64,000 bases of DNA from the human T2T-CHM13v2.0 reference genome, Homo sapiens. The position numbers and the translations under genes were made by a program. Positions 1-17,373 of this stretch are shown in pieces; the stretch's first letter is position 1, and every line of letters begins with the position of its first letter. Below the pieces are notes generated by a model. That model was not told the origin of the DNA. It made no database searches and worked only from the letters and a program-made list of their open reading frames with translations. The DNA is taken from the NCBI RefSeq assembly GCF_009914755.1, contig NC_060939.1. One strand, 5' to 3'.

Positions 1-476
1 ATAAGCACACAATTACAAAAAAGGAATGGGGTTACCAACAGAAGAGAATTCATCTTCATTAGACAATGACAGTACATGGAAAATGGTTAATTCATGGAGC
101 AAAGCAATAAAGGTGGAGGTCAGGGGGATACTGAGAACAAGGAGGCTAATCTGTCCCCAGCAACCTAGAAAGGTTCTAGACTCAGACACGAGGTACCCCC
201 GACAGTGGGACTGATAGGCAAGACTGAAAACAGAGATTAAGCAAAAGCCCGGATAGAGAACACATTTCACAGGCCCTGAAACACACTGCTGGCCCCATCT
301 CCTTAAACAGAACCCAAGCAAACGTATCCACCTCAGGCAAGAGAATGTAGATTTTACATCCAGAGGAATGGAGTAGTCATCCAGCCATCATTTATGATTG
401 CAACAGGAGATAAGATAGAGGGATGGAGGATAACAATTAGGAATCAGCATACATTCCCCTTAAAGCTATCAGTTGA

Positions 477-848
<372 letters not shown>

Positions 849-912
849 CCCAGTCTTTTAGTACCTCTCTCAAATATGAATGAACAAATAAAGGAATGGA
901 AAAAAGACTACA

Positions 913-1210
<298 letters not shown>

Positions 1211-1444
1211 AAAAGACTACAAATGATAAGCAACATAGAATAGATATTTAAGGAAAGGCTTTAAAAAGAAAAATAAGACCAAAATAAACTAAGAAAAAAA
1301 TTATTAAAGAACAAGGAGATGCCAGGGAGAAGACAAAGAGTATCAAAATCACTTCATAAAGACACTTGTGAATATATTACATGTATAAAACAAAACAATA
1401 TGAATAAGAAATAATCAGAGAAGAAAAAGTTCTTAGAACTCATG

Positions 1445-1980
1445 CTCCATCTTGGGAGTTGGTCTCCAATGAGCCATACCTCCTGTCATCATGTCCTCAG
1501 ACAGGCCCATCCCATAGTCAATCTGGGTTGGCCCCAACACTCACTTTAACCTATAGCATGTGGTAGAAATGACACTGGACCTGTTCCAGGTCTAAGCCTT
1601 AAGAACTCCTGGCAGCTCCATTTCTGTGCTTCTGGAAGCCAAAAATAAGAATTGGCTACCTTCTTGGAGAAAGAAAAGCCACATGAAGAGATCCGAGAGG
1701 ATGAGATGCTATGCAGAGAGAAAGGCCACATCAAGAATCACCAAGGCAGCAGACCTGTGGGTAAAGAAGCCGTCTCAGACATTCCACTGCAGCTGAGCAT
1801 CCAGATGACCAGTCCCTGACACTGTTTAACCACACAGTGAGAGCTGCCAAATGAGACCAGCAGAAAAACTGTCCAGCTAGCCCCAGGTAATCCATACAGT
1901 CGTGACAGATAGACAGATGTGTAGTTTTAGGCCATTAGGTTTTGGGATAATTGGTTAAGCAACAATAAATAACCAAAACA
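1445..1980 (+). mobile_element. MaLR solo LTR (MLT1F/G/H-like)
   Basis: Typical MLT1 3' end ttttaggccattaggttttgggataattggtta...aataaccaaaaca. Confidence 0.7.
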
Positions 1981-2586
1981 AAACTTAAAGTTATGACAGT
2001 CCAAATAAAATTTCCTGAAAGTCGAAAGATAAGAAAATATTCCAGAACTGAAAATTTAAAAAACATTTAGAAATAACGTGAGATATAAGACTCAAGACAA
2101 GAGGTCTAAAATCCAATTAACAGACACTTCCAAATGAACAAATAAAATGGAAAAGAGAAAGTTAACAACAAAAATATGACAAGATTCAAGACTCCAACTT
2201 TGAAAGAGCCTATCCATAGGCCTGTTCATTTGGTGTACCCAGCATAATGAATGAAAAAAGACCCACACTAAGTACACTGTTGTGCTATTTCAGCTCACCA
2301 AGGAAAAGACAAACTCCTAAAAGCTTCCAGGGAGAAAGTCATGCATAAACAAGTGAAACTCAGGATGGCATGAGGCTTCGCCACCACGACTGGTTAGAAG
2401 ACAACAGCACAGACTTTGAAATTCTAAGGTAAAATTATCCTCAACCTAGAAATACGTAATCAAGCAAACTATCAATCAAGTGTGAGGGTAGAATATGAGA
2501 GACGTGAATACTGATGGGGATGTGATATGCAGCAGGCACTGTTCTAAATGGTTTACATGTACCAACCCAATTAAGAAACTTAAAAT

Positions 2587-2612
2587 ACACACGCGCACAC
2601 ACACACACACAC
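2587..2612 (+). repeat. (CA)n microsatellite within a MIR-like fragment
   Basis: acacacgcgcacacacacacacacac. Confidence 0.85.
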
Positions 2613-3774
2613 AGTTTTTCCTGCTAATCATTTTACGATGAAACAGCCAAGTAGCTAACCCAGAGCCCACAAAGGCAGAGTAAAAATTCTAACACTTGGT
2701 AAAATAAAAATGCACATATACCCTGTGATCTAAAAAAAAAAATGCTTAAATATTCAAAGACAGACAGCAATTACAGCTACTGAGAACATCACTGTAAGCA
2801 AACTGAGGCAGAGAAAACAAAGGTGCTAATGAGGATTTGAACCACCTAACATGCAGAAACCCACTGGATGCTTTCCTAGGTTCCGAGCTGGCATTGTCTT
2901 TCAGAATGATCTAGAAGAGGTCACATGACACTGTTACAAAGGATCTGGAGAAAGGGACCCTTGCTTTATCACTCCGGCTCTCCAGTCATGCTTCACATTT
3001 TCACTTCTTACACTCTTTCACATGAAGTCAATTTACAGACCTCCATCATGCCCTTAGAGACCTTTTTGTAATATTCTGACAAGTTCTGGATGTCATCTCT
3101 GCACTTTTGACAAATTCTTAGCAGTTAACGTACAAGGCAGTTAACATTTTTGTTCACGGTATAGCTAGAAAAGGGTCATATACTCAATAAAACAAATATT
3201 TACCAAGCATTCATTGAGTGGAAGATAAAACGCACAAAGCATAATTATAAAATATTCTCCCCTGCCATGATACAACAAAATTTTTAAAGGCTTACAGAAT
3301 ATAGCATAACATGACCAAAGCAAAAATAGTAAGGACTAAAGAGGGGAGGAAGGGAAAATATCAGCATGAACTGAATATGACCCAGAAGAGTCTTGATGGT
3401 CAGACATGTAAAGATGTATTGGGCAGGGTTAAGGGGTGGAAGTCAGGGGCACAGGTCAGGGGCACATTCTACAAGGGAAAAACAGCTGATACAGAAGCCT
3501 GAAAGGTAAAGTGGGCAGAGCACCTGTACAGGACTCTTACCTGCCACAGCGAGGGCACAATGCGCCTTTCCAGAACACAGCAGCGCGCAGCCAGGCCTGG
3601 GGCAGAGGGATCACTCAAACAGCACCAGAGGCTGCATTCCTACTTTTCTTCCGTCAACAAGTCCATTTTCGTTGTTAGTTTCTCCTTCAACACAAACTTA
3701 AAAACAAATGGCTGAACACGCAGGAACAAGGAAAACCTGACTGAAGAATGAGACGTTAAAACTTAAGGGCCTTG

Positions 3775-4077
3775 GGTCCTGGCACGGTGGCTCACGCCTG
3801 GAATCCCAGCACTTTGGGAGGCAGAGGTGGGTCATTTGAGGTCAGGAGTTCAAGACCAGCCTGGCCAACACGGTGAAACCCCGTCTCTACTAAAAACACA
3901 AAAGCTAGCCAGGCGTGGTGGCCGGCGCCTGTAATTTCAGCTACTCGGGAGGCTGAGGCAGGAGAATCACTTTAACCAGAGGACTGTCAAGAGAGGTAGG
4001 CTGCAGTGAACCGAGATCGCGCCACTGCACTCCAGCCTGGGCTACACAGTGAGACTCTGTCTCAAAAAAAAAAAAAA
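3775..4077 (+). mobile_element. AluS
   Basis: Alu dimer with poly-A. Confidence 0.9.
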
Positions 4078-7000
4078 GAAGTCATGGTCATGGTAAAAAA
4101 CCTATGGCTTTGGAAGGCTTTCTCGGTAACGTCCTAGAATTAAGGTTAAGCCTGCGTTTCCTGTTAACTGAACAGGAAACCAGCCTGACCAACATCCTTC
4201 TGCCCAGTGGCTTGCTCTCAGCTCCTCTTCTTTGGGCCTTGGGCAGCCAGACTGTCTAGTTTTAATCCTTGCTCTGCCACCTGTGACCTTGGACAAGTTA
4301 CCTACCTTCAGTTACCTCATCTACAAAATGCAGATATTAATAATACCCTCTTTTTAATTTATCCAGAGGATTAAAAGAGTTAATAAAAAGTAAAAAATAA
4401 AAAGACTTGGTAAGCATAGGCACAGAGGAAAAAAAAGTAAAAATAAATAATTAAATAAAAAGACCAGTGCCTAGCACATAAAATTTCATCAGGAATTAAT
4501 TCTATAATATGAACTCAATTTTGCAAAACTTCAAAGTACGTACAACTTTTAACTTACTAGGGTATACATACCAGTAATAAATTCACAACGGTAGACATGT
4601 TTGCCTACTGTAAATATAACAAAGACTAAACAAGCAGATACTAAATCATTAAGCAATTATCAGTTAGTATCTTTAATTTTCTTATACTTCTATATTTTCT
4701 ATAGATCATCTTTGTAACAAGAAGAAAACCAACCAAATGAAAATGAAATGAATTCTCTCAAAAAGAATTAAGTCAAGACAGGAAGAAGGCTCGCAAAGTA
4801 ATATAAAATATATCTTATGGTTTATATAAAATTCTTAATAAAATACCTTCTTTGCTCCAAGCTGCACTCTGGCTTTGCCTTTGAGTCAGGTGGCATTTCT
4901 TTGCACGATGACTGGTTTTATTGAGTAGGCACTGCTTCAGCCCTACAGGAAGAACAAAACCTCTCTGGAACACAGCAGCATTCCTTACTCCCACTTGAGG
5001 AGGCCTAACAAAACGGCATATGCCTCAACAGCAGCAGATCAGTGTTAAAAAGTCTGGAGTCAAGGGGAAAAAGTAAAATTGGACCATTTCCAAAATCTCA
5101 CAAAAAGCAACAAACTGACGTTCTAAGTGCCCAACATGAGCAAATTAGAACCTTAAATAAAGGTCACTCTTAATGCCTATCCCAGCATAGATTCAGCACC
5201 AAGTACAGTGTCATTTTACTGGTTTACCTTTTTCATTCTTGAAAGTAGGAGCTATGAAAAAAAAACACTAAAATTTCTCTAAGAGAACCTTCTACTTTCT
5301 GTCTAACTTACATAATCAAAACACTCTATTGAGGGTGAAAATTGAATATTATAAGAAAATAATCACGTGTTTTGCGAGAAGTTGCAAATATAATGCTCCT
5401 CCACCCAATACCTACCTTAAAAAGAAAAAAGGAAACATACAAAATTATCTCGAGAATTATTCCTGCTTAAACAATGTCTACGTGCCATTACTAAGAAAGT
5501 ATGCACACAGTAAAGATGAGAAGAGAACATGCAAGCGTGAACATACTTGTTAGGGATATAGGACTATGGGTAATTTAAACATTTTAATGGTATTACTCTC
5601 ATGTAATTGCTCTGAAATTCTAGTCAGTTGTTTGAAATGGCTCTTAGAACAGAATACTTTGACATTTTTATGATGTCAAAAACTAAGAACTTAGCCCTAA
5701 ATATTCCAAAGAATAGGTGCAGAAGAACCCGTTTCCTTAAACGGCATTTGAGTATTCTTCACAACTCAAACTTTCTCTCCCATCCTGTGATGGCCGAGAG
5801 TTTTTCCTCTGACGACGGCACTGACCTTACCCTATCCAAAATATGAACATCTGCATGGTTTCCTGGTTCAAATTGTTTTTATCCATTCTGTCGTGAGAAT
5901 CAAATGGTTCAGACCATGCAGCACCTCTCTGGGACTTCTCAAGTCCTTTCTAGATCTGAACACTATTCTCTGAACCAAAGACAACTTCTGGGGGTGCACC
6001 AAATCTCCCATTAGAAAATTATTAAGATCAAGATGTTTTAACCTTTTAACTCTTTCTCAAACAAAATAAATTCGTTTCTCCTTTACTGTTATTTTAAATT
6101 TCAAAATACACAGATAGTATATCTAAAATAAAATCAAGAGAATGACAGTTTTAGAACACAAACTGTGGTAATTTTGAAAACACAAAAGCTAAGACCACTA
6201 ATTAGGTCTATGTGGACACCAAGTCCACCACAACCTGTTCTGTCCTCCGGGGCTCTGCCCACGCCTTTCCCTTGCCTGAGATTCCTTCTGCTTCCTACCC
6301 TTCCAAATGCTGTATTTCCCCCTGGAAGACTTGCCAAGACCACTCTAACCTGCACATCTCCCATTCCAGCTAACCAAAGGCATCCTTGGGTTGACTAAAC
6401 CAAATTATTTTGCAGACAAGGCATCTAAACACTTCCACTGTAGACTATTCACCTTAATAATTGTTATTGTGACATTATTCAATAATAAAATGAGGGAAAG
6501 AAGTCCTCTTCAATCCCTTATCCTGGAGAACCCAAGCAAGTGTCTTTCCCACTTGCTTTGCCCAAACCCTGGGACCTTTCTAAGTAAAAGTTTAATGGAA
6601 GGGAAAGAAAATCTAAAAGAAAAACTCTCCAAGAAATTAAACTCGGGCAAAGATTCATGGGATTAAAAATTTTTATTCTTTGTGTATCTGATTTCCGAAA
6701 CATAGAAATCTCTCTCCCACTCCTTAAACCTGCCACTGGGCTAAGAGAGTATTGTACAGAATATGCACTCACTGACTTAACAGAATTAGAACATCCAGGC
6801 ACTCACTGAGATTTTGCTTCCACAACCGCTCAAAGTCTAGTCATTAGTTCATGAGTTAACACCACACTTGACCTTCAAATTTTGGAAATGCTGACGGTAG
6901 ACAGGGACTTGTTTTGGGAAAGGAAGTACACAGTAGACATTGTTACCCATGACCCAACCACCACCACCTTTCCTTTAAAGAACCCCACTCTTCCTTTAAG

Positions 7001-7499
7001 GTTGCAGAGTCTCAGAAAGTGGGAAGAAAGGAAGTTTTTGCATTTTCAGGTCAAAACGAAGTACATTTGTGCAACCACATAATGCCCATGCAAAGGTTTC
7101 TTGAAATCTAAACACAAGACAGAAGTAGTTCTAGCACCTCCACAAAAAGTAAGGTAAGTAAGCTTTTCCTTAATATACACTTTCAGCAGCATCAACACCT
7201 AAAAGTGGTTGACTTTACTACTGTACTAAATTAAATTACATTCATTTTGTCAATAGGTGTTCCAAATTCGTACTGATCTTTGTCTCCAAGGGGTTCCTGC
7301 TGAATATTGAGACAGTTGAAGATTACTAGGGGAAAAAATTCTTAATAATCGAAGTAAGGATCATCTAAGGATAATATGCCACATATACAGACACAGTCAC
7401 ATTTTCAGCTTTACAAAAGTTCAGTTATCAAAGTTGTACAGCAAACACTATCCTAAGCTTAGCGTCTTCAGGCATTTGATTTATAATCACTGTAAAGAA

Positions 7500-7800
7500 A
7501 AATCAGTCACAAAATGCCACTGTTGTATGATTCTATTTATATGAAATGCCCAGGATAGGCAAATCTACAGAGATAGAAGTTAGATCAGAGGTTGCCAGGA
7601 TCAATGGTGGGGGAGAGAGCTACAGGGAGTGACTGCTAGTGGGTACGGGGTTCTTTTTGGGGAGATGAAAATGTTCTGAAATTAGGGAGTGGTAATGGCT
7701 GCATAACTCTGAATATACTAAAAACCACTGAACTGTACACTTGAAGGGTGAGGCTTATCATACAAAAACTGTATCACAATAAAGCTCTTAGTTTAAAAAA
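7500..7800 (+). mobile_element. Old L1 (L1MB/MC-like) 3' UTR fragment
   Basis: gggttctttttggggagatgaaaatgttctgaaatta...ccactgaactgtacactt motif. Confidence 0.75.
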
Positions 7801-8281
7801 TGTTTGTCTATGTCAAGAAACAAAGAAATAGGGTCATAGCTAGAAGATATGGGATATAAAATACTGGAACAAAACTGCTTAATAATATATCTAGAATCAC
7901 ACAATGCTTAGTCTTTACGCTGACTAAAATCACGAGATTTGTGTTTTATCGGTATTTCACGTTTTTTACTTCTTCTAAGTCAGCCAGTAATTCCTCCTTC
8001 TCACTTAATCGTTGACTACAAAGACCAAGCCATTTTGACTCTGCCACCGATGAGCTTTCACATTTCTTTCCTCCTTCCATTCCCATGACTACCAAACCAG
8101 TGCAGGTTCTCCTCACTTCACTCTAAGACAACAGCGTGGCCCTCAAATACTGTCACACTCTTCAAGGCTGTGTGAGCACAATCTGTCTCATATTCTCTTC
8201 TGCTGTCACCAGATTTATTCTAAGACCGTTTCTTCACTGTTACTCCCCTGTTTCTCAACCAGTTACACAGAAAGACGAATA

Positions 8282-8455
8282 TCCAGGCATGGTGTCATGT
8301 GCCTGTAGTCCCAGCTACTCAGGAGGCTGAGGCGGCAGGATCGCTTGAGAATGTGAGATTCAGACTGCAGTGAGCCATGATCATGCCACCGCACTCCAGC
8401 CTGGGCAACAGAGTGAGATTGTCTCAATAAATAAATAAATAAATAAATAAATAAA
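8282..8455 (+). mobile_element. Alu monomer (FRAM/AluJ right arm) with (AAAT)n tail
   Basis: Single Alu arm. Confidence 0.82.
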
Positions 8456-8860
8456 TGAATAAATGTGGTCTATCCATGCAACGGAATACTATAAAATTAT
8501 CAGCCTTAAAAAAGAAAGAAGCCCTGTCACATGCTGCAATATAGATGAACCTTGAAAACATTACACTAATTGAAATCAGCCCATCACACAAAGACAAATG
8601 CTGTACAATTTCTCTTACATTAGGTTCGAAATTAGTCAAACTCATAGAAACAGAAAATAGAGCGGTTGTTTCCATAAGCCAGGGGATAGAGAAATGGGGA
8701 GTTGTTGTATAGTGGCTATAGTTTCAGTTCTCCAAGAGAAGCAAGTTCTAGAAACTCGTTACTCAACATGTATATTTTTAACACTACTGCACTGTATACT
8801 TACAAGTGGCTAATCTGGTAAATTTTATGTTGTGCCTTATCACCATAATGTTTTTAAAAG
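8456..8860 (+). mobile_element. L1MB-like 3' fragment
   Basis: aaatgtggtctatccatgcaacggaatact...gaaccttgaaaacattacacta. Confidence 0.78.
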
Positions 8861-9399
8861 AAGGGGTTTGTGTTTCCCTTCGTTGTGATCACCCATTTTT
8901 CACTTCAGCATTTTGAACTTGAGATTTCCTGTAGCGGTTTTACTGAGCCCTGCAGTTACCGGCTCAGAATGTCTCCACCGCCTTGTAACCTTGTAGGCAG
9001 ACACTTTTCAGCATCTTATTGGGCTCCGTGTGCTTGATGCTTAAAGTGACATGGAGACATGCCACTTGCTGAGAAGCAAAGAAAGGCAAAAGGTGACTGC
9101 TTTCCTGGCATCGATGAAGGCAGAGAGAAGGGATCTTGGAGGCACAGATATTAAGCCATAAGCAATAACATGGGTTGCCAAAAAGAGAACTAACCCCTCT
9201 CCTGGTAACATTTCCAGGTGTTTTTCACAGGGCCAGTGGATTTCACAATGTGAGTGCTGTCCAGCACCAAAGGGAATGGCCAACAGGCATGGAGCAGCCT
9301 ACAGCGTCCAGCACCCAGTAGGATGGCCAGGAGGCACGGAGCAGCCTGCCTGTCCCAGGAAAGCAGGAGTCACAGGACACAACTGGACCCAGGTAGGCA

Positions 9400-9831
9400 T
9401 GTATGTTACTTTCCTGTGGCTGTTAGAGCAAATTACCAAAAATGTGGTGACTTAAAACAACAGAAATTTATTTTCTCACAGTTTTGGATATCAGAAGTCC
9501 AAAATCAGTATCACTGGGCTGAAATCTAGGTCTCAGCAGAGCCAGTGCTCTCAGAGGCTGAGGGGAAAATCCATCCTTTGACTTGCGCAGCTTCTGATGG
9601 CTGCTGGCATTCATTGGCTTGCAGCTCCACCACTCCAGGCTCTGCCTTCTTGGTCACAGGGCCTCCTTCTCTTCTGTCTGAAGTTAAATCTCCTTTATCT
9701 CCCTCTTATAAGGATATATGTGCCAGGATTTAATGCCCACGGAGACAATCCAGGATAATCTCTCCTCAAGATCCTTAACTTAATCATACCTGAAAATATG
9801 CTTTTTCCAAATGAGGTAACATCTACAGGTT

Positions 9832-9836
<5 letters not shown>
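9400..9836 (-). mobile_element. MLT1C/D-like LTR, truncated at the junction with the Alu array
   Basis: cttaaaacaacagaaatttattttctcacagtt...cctcaagatccttaacttaatca. Confidence 0.8.
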
Positions 9837-11288
<1,452 letters not shown>

Positions 11289-13983
11289 ATGTAAATAAAA
11301 TTGCTAACTCAAGGAACAGCTTGACAGTATATTATTGCGACAAATAGAGGCAAAGGTTAGCAGACACCAGTGTTCACTTAGTGGGACCTGCGGGTGTTCC
11401 CCCCATAGGAGGCTGCTACTTTCCCACAAGAAATCCATTACTGACTACCGATAAAAGAACACATCGTAGGTTTCTTACAATATATAAATAGCTAAACTTT
11501 ATATAGCCACGACCATATTCTAGCACTGCTCTAAGCCATTTCCTACTCTGAAATAGCTACTATTGTTACCTCCATTGTAGAGAAAACAGGTGCCGGAGGC
11601 TGTTGTGGAAGGCCCAGGGAAACTGACTATGAAATTGACTTGTTGTAAGTTTCAGACTTAAAAGTTCTTCCTGCTCTGCGCCTTACATTGCTACATTTTA
11701 GTTAAGGTACCTCTTACAATACTGGTCCTTTCTGTATTTGGAGGGACTTCTCTTGCAAATTGAAGTTTTTTCTTGTGCTAAGCATTTGGTCATGAGATTA
11801 TCTGCGTTTTACATCAGTTTAAATACCTCTCTAGACATTGTTCAGTTAGGAATGTAAATAGGAGCTAACATTGTGTGTAAAAGGAAAGAACATCTGATTA
11901 CAACCACTTTTGTTTCATAATACAAATATAAATCAATATGTTATTGGAAATGCAGGCTGGGAGGGGAGGGAAAATATGCATAGAGAAAAGCCCCATCTCT
12001 GCTTGGAGTTCAGCACTGGGTCTCTTTTTCCTTTCCACCTTCCTTGTCAAGGCTGCCACAGTGACAAGCACACAGGGGTGCCTTTAGTGACACCTGCTGC
12101 GACAGACCTGGCAGAACGGATTGCAGATTTGCATGTTTCCTGGCTGCCTCTGCTAGCCTGAGTCAGCAGCCCACTCCAATTCATGCTGAGCTTAGACAGC
12201 TCAGGTTTGCAAAATTATCCCTTCCCTTGGAGCAACCGCTTTCCAGTCTCCTCATCATTCCTAAAGGAGAATGACACACATGCCAGCATGACAGAGGTCC
12301 AGAAATTTATAGAAGCTTCATTGTGAGCCTATATCCTTAACAGGGGTTCAAACTACCAACACCGAATGAAGAGAGAGGTTTTGCAGTAAAGCAGGAAGTC
12401 ATTAAAATAATGAATCACCCAGCTAGGTTTTGAGCTCCTTTCCCACCAATTTAATGGAAAGTTTTATTGTCTTTACAATGTACACTTTCATAAATTTTGC
12501 ATAAATTTATTATTCACATCTTAACATAGGTAACTCCTTAGTGTTTGATCACTGAGCAAATTATATACAGCAAAACAATCCTATATTTTGGTGAACTCAT
12601 AGCTTAGAAAATACTAAAGACTCATTGTAAACTGAGGGCAGCATTAAGCAAATTATATTTACCTTTGTGACTGCAAAACTTAATGATTCAATGCTTTTCC
12701 CATGAAATTTATCTTCCAATACTGATAGTTTTTTAAACAAAAAATATGAATTAAATATCAATTAAAATTTTATCATTGTTTTCAGAAACTGTGACTTCAC
12801 TAGTTATGAACAGACTTGAAATGTATAGTTTTTAAGTTTGGAAATTCTTTGTAGTCTCATTTACTTTTCCAGGAAGGAAGTGAGATATTTTTTGCCACTG
12901 TTGCCTGGTTTTTGTTTGTTTTTTGATCATAAACAAAACTTAATGGAGCCTCAAATCTACTAACTCGGTCCTCCTCTGGCAATATGCCTTTTTCTGATTT
13001 CTAGATATCACTTGATATTTTTTAACACACTAATTTTATTATTTAAAAATTTATAAAAGTACTCAGAAGTAAGAGGCAAATTAAATTTGAAACCTTAGTG
13101 GTAATACCATCATCCAAAGTCATCATCAATAATATTTTGGCATATTTTATTTTAAAATACATTTCAGCACAGTTTAGTTATATTTGTTATATCTGTATCA
13201 ATAAACTGTTTTCATATGTCATTACTTTTATGGATATAATTTTTGACGTGCGACTAATACGAAATCTTATATACTTGCTATAGTTGACCTTGTGAGACAT
13301 TTAGATTTTCAACTGTTTAGTACTTTAATAACCAGTTTTTATTCTAATATCATTATTAGAATAATATTACTATAGTATTATTATTATTGTAGCAATAACT
13401 TGTTTTTAGAATAAATATCCTATTTCTCATTTAACTTGATTGGATCCGTGCATGGACAATTATGTTGGGAACATAGAATGTAACTGGCCCTGTTTCAACC
13501 CCTTAGATGTGGCCCTCAGTTCAGGGAAGGGAGGAGTTCTCTACTGGGCTGATAAAGCAGAATTCAGAAACATTGTTTTCTTCTCTACCTGGTGTCTTAC
13601 AAAACCAGAAGATGTGAGTGTGACTCTTAAAGGCAAGAGCATGTATATTATGCAAAAGCAGCCTGAAATATTTTATTCACAGACAGACAGACAATGCTTG
13701 ACTCCCTGCTAATCTGAAATACTTCGTGGGGAGGGCCAGGGAAATCAAAACAAAATTTCAGAAGTAGAATGAGCTATTTGGTGTATGTCTCCAAGGCCAA
13801 TAAATAACAAGAAGGAAAAATAAATTTCTTTGCTAACAACAAGAAGGAGAAATAAACTTTTTTGCTCTAAAATATTTTCCAATTATCTCCACGACACTGG
13901 AGGGAAGGACTAACAAAAAAAAAAAAAAAAAAAAAAAGAAAGAAAGAAAGAAAGAAAGAAAAAAAAAAAGAAAAGAAAAAAAA

Positions 13984-14429
<446 letters not shown>

Positions 14430-15077
14430 CTAAAAAACTCCAAACCACCTCTGTTAACTGTGCGGTGCTCCATGGTTTCACACAGTCCAGAGCTGCTTGT
14501 GTTTATCAAAAATGAAGCAGAAAACAAAATTCTTCCTTCACACAACCACTGCATTCCATTGCACATTTACCAAAGACATTTACCACGTTGGCATTATTTG
14601 TGCATCCATCAAGAAGTGCTGAAAAGCATTCCCCTCACACACTGCATGTGTCCTGTGAGTGGATCTTCCATTTTACTTGCCAGTTCTGGAAAACTTTGAA
14701 TTTGTGTGTCGATGGAAAATTAAAGTTTAGTGGCATCTTTGCCCCACATTCACCCAACTTTTCTAAGGAACTATTTCAATGCTACTTTTCACTAGTGTCA
14801 CTTTTCAGTCTTAGCCTCCTGGAGTACAACTTTATTAGAAGCCCGCAAAGCACTAGTGTTAAAATGAGAAATAGTAAACATCTGATTCTGTTGTGTTTTA
14901 ACTCCATGCTTTTCTCTAATGTTTCATTGTTTTGAATTTAATTCTTTGTGCTTCCCACGTGAATGCAACTTACAGTTTGAATGTCTTCTTTCTTCACTAG
15001 CCGATGCATCTGTGCCAGTAACACACGGTGATTCTGTCCTTTCACCTTCAGTTATGCCTGTAAAACCAAATTCAAGA

Positions 15078-15708
<631 letters not shown>

Positions 15709-17007
15709 TCCATTAGAAATAGTACTTCTGAGTAAAACGAGGACAAACTCCTTTGGTCTTCATGTCCTCAGAATCACTTTCATAATCATCTCTTGGTTTA
15801 CAAGGTGCATCTTTTATTGGTTAAAAAAATTAATACAATTTATTTCACTCTCAAATTAGGTTTAATAATAAATAATACAACTTTCTTTTGTTTTCACTAA
15901 TAATGCTAACATTGGCTTGATTTAAAATTAATATTGCAAAAATAAGACTTTATAGAATAGATGTTCCCATTTTTCAGATGTGTGAGATTATACTATAGTT
16001 GACAAACTAACCTTAAAGAACGCAGCTTGCAATGTGGTCCTTGTGTATGTGACTCGTTTGCAGCTCACAGCCTCTGCATCTTTCCATCGAGTCTGACAAA
16101 ACCTGAGTTGGTCTGTAACTGCTCATTGAGACAAGTCCCCTGATGTCACATGCTGGGAGAATGTCAAGTTTCTATAGAAATTTCTAAACATTTACCCTGA
16201 ATTTCTATGTTTCTATCATTACATAGAGATGACAGAGTGTTGACAGACTTTGAGTGGTCTTTAGTAACCAATTGTTGAAAGTCTGGTTTAGCTAAACTAG
16301 TTTGTAAGTACCTCGGCAGGTGCCTTTGCTGTAGGAATTCTCAGAGTCTCTATAAACTAATGAGCATTGGAAATCTGCAGAGGGGAAACAGAGTATGCAG
16401 TATCCCCCATGATGATTCAACCCCAGATTTTATTTTTCACTGAGGATCTCACACTTAGTAGTGTATCTTTTCTATGCACTGGGCACTGGGAGAGGACGTG
16501 TTGTCATCTCAACAGAGACCTGGCCTTCAGACGCCACCACTCACTGCCGCTCTGTCCAGGCGAGCATCAACTTGCACTGTTTCAGAAGCAAAAGGAAAAT
16601 GAACCGCAGCCACTGAAGTCCCTCAGAACTGAGGAAAAGTTACTGACTTTCCTGATTTGTGTTCAGTCTGGCTGGCCATGGGTACAGACACAGCTGGTTT
16701 CCCCATTTGTGAGCTGGACGGATTTAATTCCTGGCTGTTTGAATGATGTATCCCCTCATCAGTGAAACCAACAGAGTAGCTCAACTTAATTTTCTCTTTC
16801 TATGGCATGCCATTTATACCCATTCAATTATGCCTGTGTCAATTAAGTCAAACATTCTTACTGTCTCTATTTCTAATAAAAAGTGGTAAACACTCGAAAA
16901 CCCCTTTCATAAATAGGCATGTATAAAAGCAATGTTCTTAATAAAAATGTTGGACTTAATAAAAGTATTTTAAAAAACAGTAGGAACCATAGTATAATAA
17001 AGGCCTT

Positions 17008-17287
17008 GGCCGGGCGTGGTGGCTCACACCTGTAATCCTAGCACGTTGGGAGGCTGAGGCGGGCAGATCACGAGATCAGGAGATGGAGACCATCCTGGCT
17101 AACACGGTGAAACCCCATCTCTACTAAAAACACAAAAAATTAGCTGGGCGTGGTGGCAGGTGCCTGTGGTCCCAGCTACTCGGGAGGCTGAGGCAGGACA
17201 ATGCTGTGAACCCAGGAGGGGGAGTTTGCAGTGAACAGAGATTGTACCACTGAACTTCAGCCTGGGCGACAGAACGAGACTCCGTCT

Positions 17288-17370
<83 letters not shown>
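17008..17370 (+). mobile_element. AluY whose poly-A runs into (TA)n at 17321-17370
   Basis: Alu dimer, TSD ataaaggcct. Confidence 0.92.

Positions 17371-17373
<3 letters not shown>

Larger units (their letters stand above)
1545..9068 (-). ncRNA. Candidate spliced minus-strand lncRNA or long 5' leader (exons about 8960-9068, 5831-5969, 4847-4942, 3541-3711, 1545-1708)
   Basis: Five co-oriented segments, each with a polypyrimidine/AG acceptor and a GT donor (gtaact, gtaagg, gtattt, gtaaga, gtgagt); no long ORF. Confidence 0.5.

Noticed and set aside
11360-11480. Possible small structured RNA (snoRNA/tRNA-like) beside the Alu array
   Set aside because: No recognisable box motifs or cloverleaf; an Rfam cmscan would be needed to reconsider
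13915-13983. A/(GAAA)n tract 5' of an Alu as an orphan retrocopy tail
   Set aside because: No parent element or TSD identifiable; simple repeat expansion suffices
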